From assembly GCA_950068325.1 (NCBI GenBank), contig CATMHQ010000004.1:45-64044 (forward strand): a DNA stretch of 64,000 nucleotides. The letters are read 5' to 3'. The notes beneath the pieces were generated by a model. The model saw nothing but the letters and a program-made list of their open reading frames with translations. It did no database searches and was not told where the DNA came from. Below, piece by piece: positions 59,629 to 64,000 of this stretch. The first letter of the stretch is position 1; each line of letters opens with the position of its first letter. The stretch comes from an uncultured Fidelibacterota bacterium. GTDB taxonomy: Bacteria > Fidelibacterota > Marinisomatia > Marinisomatales > UBA1611. The translations under genes and the position numbers were made by a program.

Positions 59629-60162
59629 TTATTTCACCAATTTAATCAATTCTCGAAAAGTGTCTCCATCTGCACTTTCCTGCAAATTGAACAACACCAT
59701 TTCAACAGTGGTTAAAAATCCGCCGTTATTCCTAATTCTATCCATGGCTATGCGATGATTATTTGGGTCCCGAGATGATACAGCATTGGTTACAACCTCT
59801 ACATGCTCTCCACGCCGAATCAAATCCCGTTCCGTCTGGTAAACACATACATGAGTTTCAATCCCCGCAAGAACGACGCCATCACAACTGGAATGACTAC
59901 CGGCTTGCCAAGAATAACCAGGATCTCCTGCACAAGAGAAAGTCGATTTGATGATAGGCTTTATATCACTTAATAATGATTTTATTGGTTCAATGGTGGG
60001 GCCGAGTTTATCGGGTACTTGTTCCGTTAGGAGAATTGGGAGATTGAACAATTGAAAACCTTTGATCAGAATTTGAAGATTCTTCAGGAATGTTTCTTTC
60101 TCATGCATGAACGGAAACAATTTTTCCTGGACGTCGATCACAACTAAATATGGGTTTTTCAT
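59629..60162 (-). CDS. isochorismatase-family cysteine hydrolase
   Basis: LVVIDVQEKLF and VVLAGIETHVCVYQTERDL are present (catalytic Asp...Lys...Cys pattern). I start it at ATG 60162, which overlaps the upstream stop as ATGA. The track's start is 60204. Confidence 0.85.
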   Translation of the reverse strand: MKNPYLVVIDVQEKLFPFMHEKETFLKNLQILIKGFQLFNLPILLTEQVPDKLGPTIEPIKSLLSDIKPIIKSTFSCAGDPGYSWQAGSHSSCDGVVLAGIETHVCVYQTERDLIRRGEHVEVVTNAVSSRDPNNHRIAMDRIRNNGGFLTTVEMVLFNLQESADGDTFRELIKLVK

Positions 60163-60668
60163 GGAGATACTCCTCCCAAACCAAACTGGTTTATCATTTT
60201 CCAATTGGTTATTTCATCGGGAGTTGCTACGAAAGCTACAGAAGAAAATGTAATCGTTTCAGGAAAAGAAATATGGTCCAACTCAGATCCATTAATGGAA
60301 AGGTCTCCATAAGCCAAGCTCAAATGGGGATCAAATTCATAATGGCGATAGTCATTTAAATAATAATCAAATTCTTTTTGTACCTGACCCAATTCATTAT
60401 TTTTCCCTATTTGAAGATAAAGGGATTTCCAGGGAGGTTCACCTGTTTTGATCCCAAGAACATTTAAAGAAATAGGACCGAAATCTTTTACAAAGTTTTC
60501 AAAAAAAGGAAAGGTGGCAACTGGATCTTTCGCTACCCTTCCAAATAAAGTAAGGTGTGGATCAAAAACCGGTGAATTAAAACGAGCACAAAAATCCCGG
60601 ATCAATTTTTGTAATTGGATTCTATCCGATTCGCATGGTTCCAGCCAAACTGACCATGGATGACTCAT
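60159..60668 (-). CDS. 2H phosphoesterase superfamily protein (LigT / cyclic phosphodiesterase-like)
   Basis: 169 aa. Two H-x-T/S-x motifs, DPHLTLFG and DPHLSLAYG, are spaced about 80 residues apart. Confidence 0.7.
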   Translation of the reverse strand: MSHPWSVWLEPCESDRIQLQKLIRDFCARFNSPVFDPHLTLFGRVAKDPVATFPFFENFVKDFGPISLNVLGIKTGEPPWKSLYLQIGKNNELGQVQKEFDYYLNDYRHYEFDPHLSLAYGDLSINGSELDHISFPETITFSSVAFVATPDEITNWKMINQFGLGGVSP

Positions 60669-63139
60669 TATTTGATCAATTTACGAATATCGTCCAGTTT
60701 TTTGTTTGCGTCTTCCAATTCTTTTTCCGGACCTTTCTTTGCAGATTTTTTTGGTGGATGAAGGATATTTTTCTTCGCCGCCCGCACATCCCTGCTGATG
60801 ATGGGATCCATAGCTAACACTTCATCCAGGGCACCGATGTGGGTTCTTTTCCCGTGTTTGTTCAGAGCCCTAACCGCATTCCGCCGAATGTCCCGGGAAT
60901 TATCCTGAAGCATATCCACGAAAAGGTCCACGGTTTTCGGTTTTGTTTTTACATATTTTTCCAATTGTTTCACTGCTTCCGGTCGAGCATCCCATGTAGT
61001 GCCGCCATAAGCGACCAATTCTTTTAAGCGGTCATAATTCTTATCTGTCACAACACTTCCAAAATAGGTGATGGCCGATTTTCTGATAACATCTGTATGG
61101 GAATCTGTGTCTAATAAAGCATCTACTTTTTGGCGTGCCGCTGCCGTATCCACGACGACCAGGGCCTTAAACGCATCAGCCACGCTGTAATATTTTTCAT
61201 CTGTTGAAATCACATCCTGCAAAAATGCGCTGACTGTTTCATCATTCTTATAATTTTTCAGCGCATTCCAAATAACACGACGCACGCGATTATCCTGTCC
61301 TTCCGCCAGGGCCATGAGATCTTTTGCATATTGCTTGGATTTCAATTTAGCGAAAGCATTCACCGCTTCTTTTCGGACGCCCCAAAAAAGATCACTTTTG
61401 GCAGCGTTGAGCAGTGCAATCTCCACCTTTCGTCTACCCTTTTTGGTGCTTAATTCCTGGACAGCAGCAATTCGATCTAATATGTGCGGACCATTCTCCA
61501 ATTGCAGGATCCACTCAGAAATAGATTTGGTAAAGGTCAATTTACACGGAATCCTCATGCCGGCATTGAATATAACCATTTTAGGCCGTTTTTCTGCAGG
61601 TACTTCATACACCAATTCTTCATCTTCAATCCAGACCGTATGGAGTTTCTCATCAATCTGAATTTGAATTGGCATTTTGAAAATGTTGGTCTGCTCCAAG
61701 TTTTGCTTTTGCTTTACTGTGAGTTTGACAGACTTATTCCGTTGATTGTATCTCCATATTACATCGTATTCAGGGAAACCAGATTCGTACACCCATTGTT
61801 TAAAAAACCAATCCATATTTTGCCCGGTAGATTCTTCAATAGCCTTTTTCAGATCTGGTGTTTCCACATTCTTATATTGATTTTCTTTCGTGTAATGTTG
61901 GATAAATCTCCAAAAAGCATCATCACCTAAATAATCTTGCAACATGTTTAGAATGAGGCTTCCCTTTGCATAAATATGGCCATCAAACACATCCATAGAT
62001 TCATAAAAATTATGTTGAACTGTTGACCGTCTCCATTTCTTATTCGACTTAAAATATCCATTTATTTCACCAAATCGAATATATTCTCCTTCATCAGCCC
62101 CAAACTTATATTCGCGGAATTTCCGAGAGAAAAAAGTCGCAAAACCTTCATTCAACCAGGCATGTGCCCAATTTCGGGTGGTAAGCATATCTCCAAACCA
62201 TTGATGGGCCAATTCATGAGCCACCAAGCCATCGCTACTCACATCCGGAGCGGCAAATTCATCATACATCGTTCGGTCGGTGTTATGCGTCAATGTGATA
62301 TTTTCCATACCGCCAAACATGAAATCATCAATAATGACCTGGTCATATTTTTCATAAGGATATTCCACACCTGTCACATCACCAAAATATTTCATCATAT
62401 CAGGCGTGAGACCGAAGGATCGCATGGCTTCCTGTTTATTTTCTTCATAAACCCAATAATTAACTGGAATTCCGCTATAAGAATCTTCCACTTTCTCAAA
62501 TTCTCCAACCACATAAGAAATAAGATAAGCCACCATTGGATAATTTTCCTTCCAATGCCAAGTATGTGTCCCGTTTTTGTTATTATTCACGGACAATAAT
62601 TCACCATTGGAAATAGCCTTGAATTTTTTATCCACTGTTAAAATAGTTTCAAAAGTAGCTTTATCATTCGGATAATCATATATCGGTACCCAGTGATGGT
62701 TATCTGTATCTTCTCCTTGTGTCCAAGCTTGCCAAGGCTTATCCGGATAAATCGAATCAGGCTTTACAAAAAATGTTCCTCTTCGGGGATGGGCTGTATA
62801 ATCTAACCGGACCTTCACCGTATCCTCCCAGCCAATGGGCTTATTCAAGGTGAGATAAACTTTATCCCCGTTATGATCAAACGAAATATCCTTACCATTC
62901 AATCTCACACGACGAATGTCCATATCCTCCGCATCCAGGGCAAAACCGGTTAAAGAAGAATTAAATGCACTTAACGAATGGGTTACATTCCCTGAAACGG
63001 TTTCTTCTTCGAGGTCAACGATTACTTCAATCTTGATATGGTGAATATCCACCTCCCGGTCGCGGGTACGCTGGCTGGGCGCCTTATCATCGGCACCGAT
63101 CAAAAAGGTAAAAACTAAAAATGGAATAAGATTTTTCAT
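60668..63139 (-). CDS. pepN: M1 family aminopeptidase (aminopeptidase N-like) with C-terminal HEAT-like repeats
   Basis: 823 aa with a signal peptide. GGMEN, the zinc site HELAHQWFGD...WLNEGFATF, and a C-terminal helical repeat region (SDLFWGVRKEAVNAFAKL, DNRVRRVIWNAL, DNSRDIRRNAVRAL) are present. Confidence 0.93.
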   Translation of the reverse strand: MKNLIPFLVFTFLIGADDKAPSQRTRDREVDIHHIKIEVIVDLEEETVSGNVTHSLSAFNSSLTGFALDAEDMDIRRVRLNGKDISFDHNGDKVYLTLNKPIGWEDTVKVRLDYTAHPRRGTFFVKPDSIYPDKPWQAWTQGEDTDNHHWVPIYDYPNDKATFETILTVDKKFKAISNGELLSVNNNKNGTHTWHWKENYPMVAYLISYVVGEFEKVEDSYSGIPVNYWVYEENKQEAMRSFGLTPDMMKYFGDVTGVEYPYEKYDQVIIDDFMFGGMENITLTHNTDRTMYDEFAAPDVSSDGLVAHELAHQWFGDMLTTRNWAHAWLNEGFATFFSRKFREYKFGADEGEYIRFGEINGYFKSNKKWRRSTVQHNFYESMDVFDGHIYAKGSLILNMLQDYLGDDAFWRFIQHYTKENQYKNVETPDLKKAIEESTGQNMDWFFKQWVYESGFPEYDVIWRYNQRNKSVKLTVKQKQNLEQTNIFKMPIQIQIDEKLHTVWIEDEELVYEVPAEKRPKMVIFNAGMRIPCKLTFTKSISEWILQLENGPHILDRIAAVQELSTKKGRRKVEIALLNAAKSDLFWGVRKEAVNAFAKLKSKQYAKDLMALAEGQDNRVRRVIWNALKNYKNDETVSAFLQDVISTDEKYYSVADAFKALVVVDTAAARQKVDALLDTDSHTDVIRKSAITYFGSVVTDKNYDRLKELVAYGGTTWDARPEAVKQLEKYVKTKPKTVDLFVDMLQDNSRDIRRNAVRALNKHGKRTHIGALDEVLAMDPIISRDVRAAKKNILHPPKKSAKKGPEKELEDANKKLDDIRKLIK

Positions 63140-63279
63140 ATTTTCCTCAATAAAATAAGCCCAGAAGTTATGTTCTTCCTTCTTTAAATATCATCCTAAC
63201 TATTTTGAATTTTACTTTCTTCTTTATACTTTAACACTCATTTACATCCAACGCCTGACCTTATTTTTATAATCTAAAT

Positions 63280-63945
63280 ATGAATATATTAGGCTTTAAT
63301 ACAAGTACAGAAAAGTTCTCATTAGCAATTTCTAAAAACAATCAAATTGTTTATTATATTTCTAAAAATTTTAAAAAAAATTGTTCAAAATATTTGATAC
63401 CTATAATAAAAGATTCTCTTATCAAAACTAATATGAAGTTGGAGGAAATTAATGTTATAAGTATATCTGTTGGTCCAGGCTCTTTTACAGGTATTAGACT
63501 TGGTATTGCTGCTGCAAAAGGTTTGTCAATGCCATATAACATAAATATTTTAGGTTTTAATAATATGGAATTGATTGTTGATTCTATTGATGATAAAACT
63601 GAAAAAAAAAGTTTTTTAGTATTAATAAGAGGTAAAAAAAACGACTTTTTTTATCAATTATTTAATAATAAAAAAAAGAAAATAAGTAATATCTCTTTTT
63701 TTTCAGATTTCAAATTGCCTAATTTAAGAGGTTCTAAAAAAATAGTTATAGTTGGAGATTTGGATAAAAAAATTCAAAATAAAATTAAATCTATTAATAA
63801 AAAAAGATTTATTTGTTTTAAACAAAAATTTTTTAGTGCAAAAAGTTTAATCAATTTATCAATAAAAAATCTTTTAAAAAAAAATACAAAAGGTATCGAA
63901 CCAGTTTATGTTTATAATCATTACGCTAAAAAATTAAATTTTTAA
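63280..63945 (+). CDS. tsaB: tRNA threonylcarbamoyladenosine biosynthesis protein TsaB (very AT-rich, Lys/Asn/Ile-rich)
   Basis: 221 aa. MNILGFNTSTEKFSLAI and the TsaB block VGPGSFTGIRLGIAAAKGL are present. Its composition differs sharply from all upstream genes. Confidence 0.85.
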   Translation: MNILGFNTSTEKFSLAISKNNQIVYYISKNFKKNCSKYLIPIIKDSLIKTNMKLEEINVISISVGPGSFTGIRLGIAAAKGLSMPYNINILGFNNMELIVDSIDDKTEKKSFLVLIRGKKNDFFYQLFNNKKKKISNISFFSDFKLPNLRGSKKIVIVGDLDKKIQNKIKSINKKRFICFKQKFFSAKSLINLSIKNLLKKNTKGIEPVYVYNHYAKKLNF

Positions 63946-64000
63946 TTATTTTTCTTTTAAAACTTCTATTTCAACAATTTCTTTTTCTTTTAATAAAAAA

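Noticed and set aside
63946-64000. Tail of a convergent minus-strand ORF at the right edge (…FLLKEKEIVEIEVLKEK*)
   Set aside because: Only 18 codons are visible, which is too short to identify or to report as a feature. It is mentioned only as part of the AT-rich segment.

Overview
The window is about 63 kb of compact, mostly housekeeping chromosome at roughly 40% G+C. It probably comes from a marine FCB-group bacterium, because a secreted nuclease/phosphatase carries a T9SS-type C-terminal sorting domain and AAGGAG Shine-Dalgarno sites are present. The last ~0.8 kb switches abruptly to much lower G+C (about a quarter, by eye) and encodes a lysine-rich TsaB.

Recognisable genes include:
- Translation and RNA: tyrS (partial), smpB, tRNA-Leu(CAG), rsmE.
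- Replication, chaperones and chromosome: polA, groES/groEL, dut, smc.
- Metabolism: pepA, acs plus a thioesterase, alr, a HIT protein, folB-folK plus a deoxynucleoside kinase, long-form ispG, pepN.
- Other: a NamZ-like DUF1343 protein, several transporters, a RelE/Phd toxin-antitoxin pair, comM/yifB.

Every CDS I call from 18.8 to 63.1 kb is on the minus strand, and many junctions overlap by 1, 4 or 8 nt.

The accessory-looking part is a heavy-metal efflux island at 48.3-59.5 kb. Its core is a small Cys/Met-rich protein, a TolC-like protein, an adaptor with two heavy-metal-binding domains, and an HME-RND pump. Downstream are a SnoaL-like lipoprotein, a DUF2231 fusion, a YdjM-like hydrolase, an HMA lipoprotein and a BNR protein. 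Palindromic repeats sit in its spacers.

Other noteworthy items:
- An rlmH relic with an in-frame stop, an internal deletion and a frameshift.
- A 1063-aa transporter-HEAT-cNMP fusion.
- A bacterial GTDC1/QTMAN-like glycosyltransferase.
- A secreted TPR protein with a ~50-residue Lys/Ser tract.
- A structured 396-nt region upstream of folB.

I found no CRISPR array, transposase, integrase, rRNA or recognisable defence system. Nothing here can be called a clearly novel multi-gene system from sequence alone.
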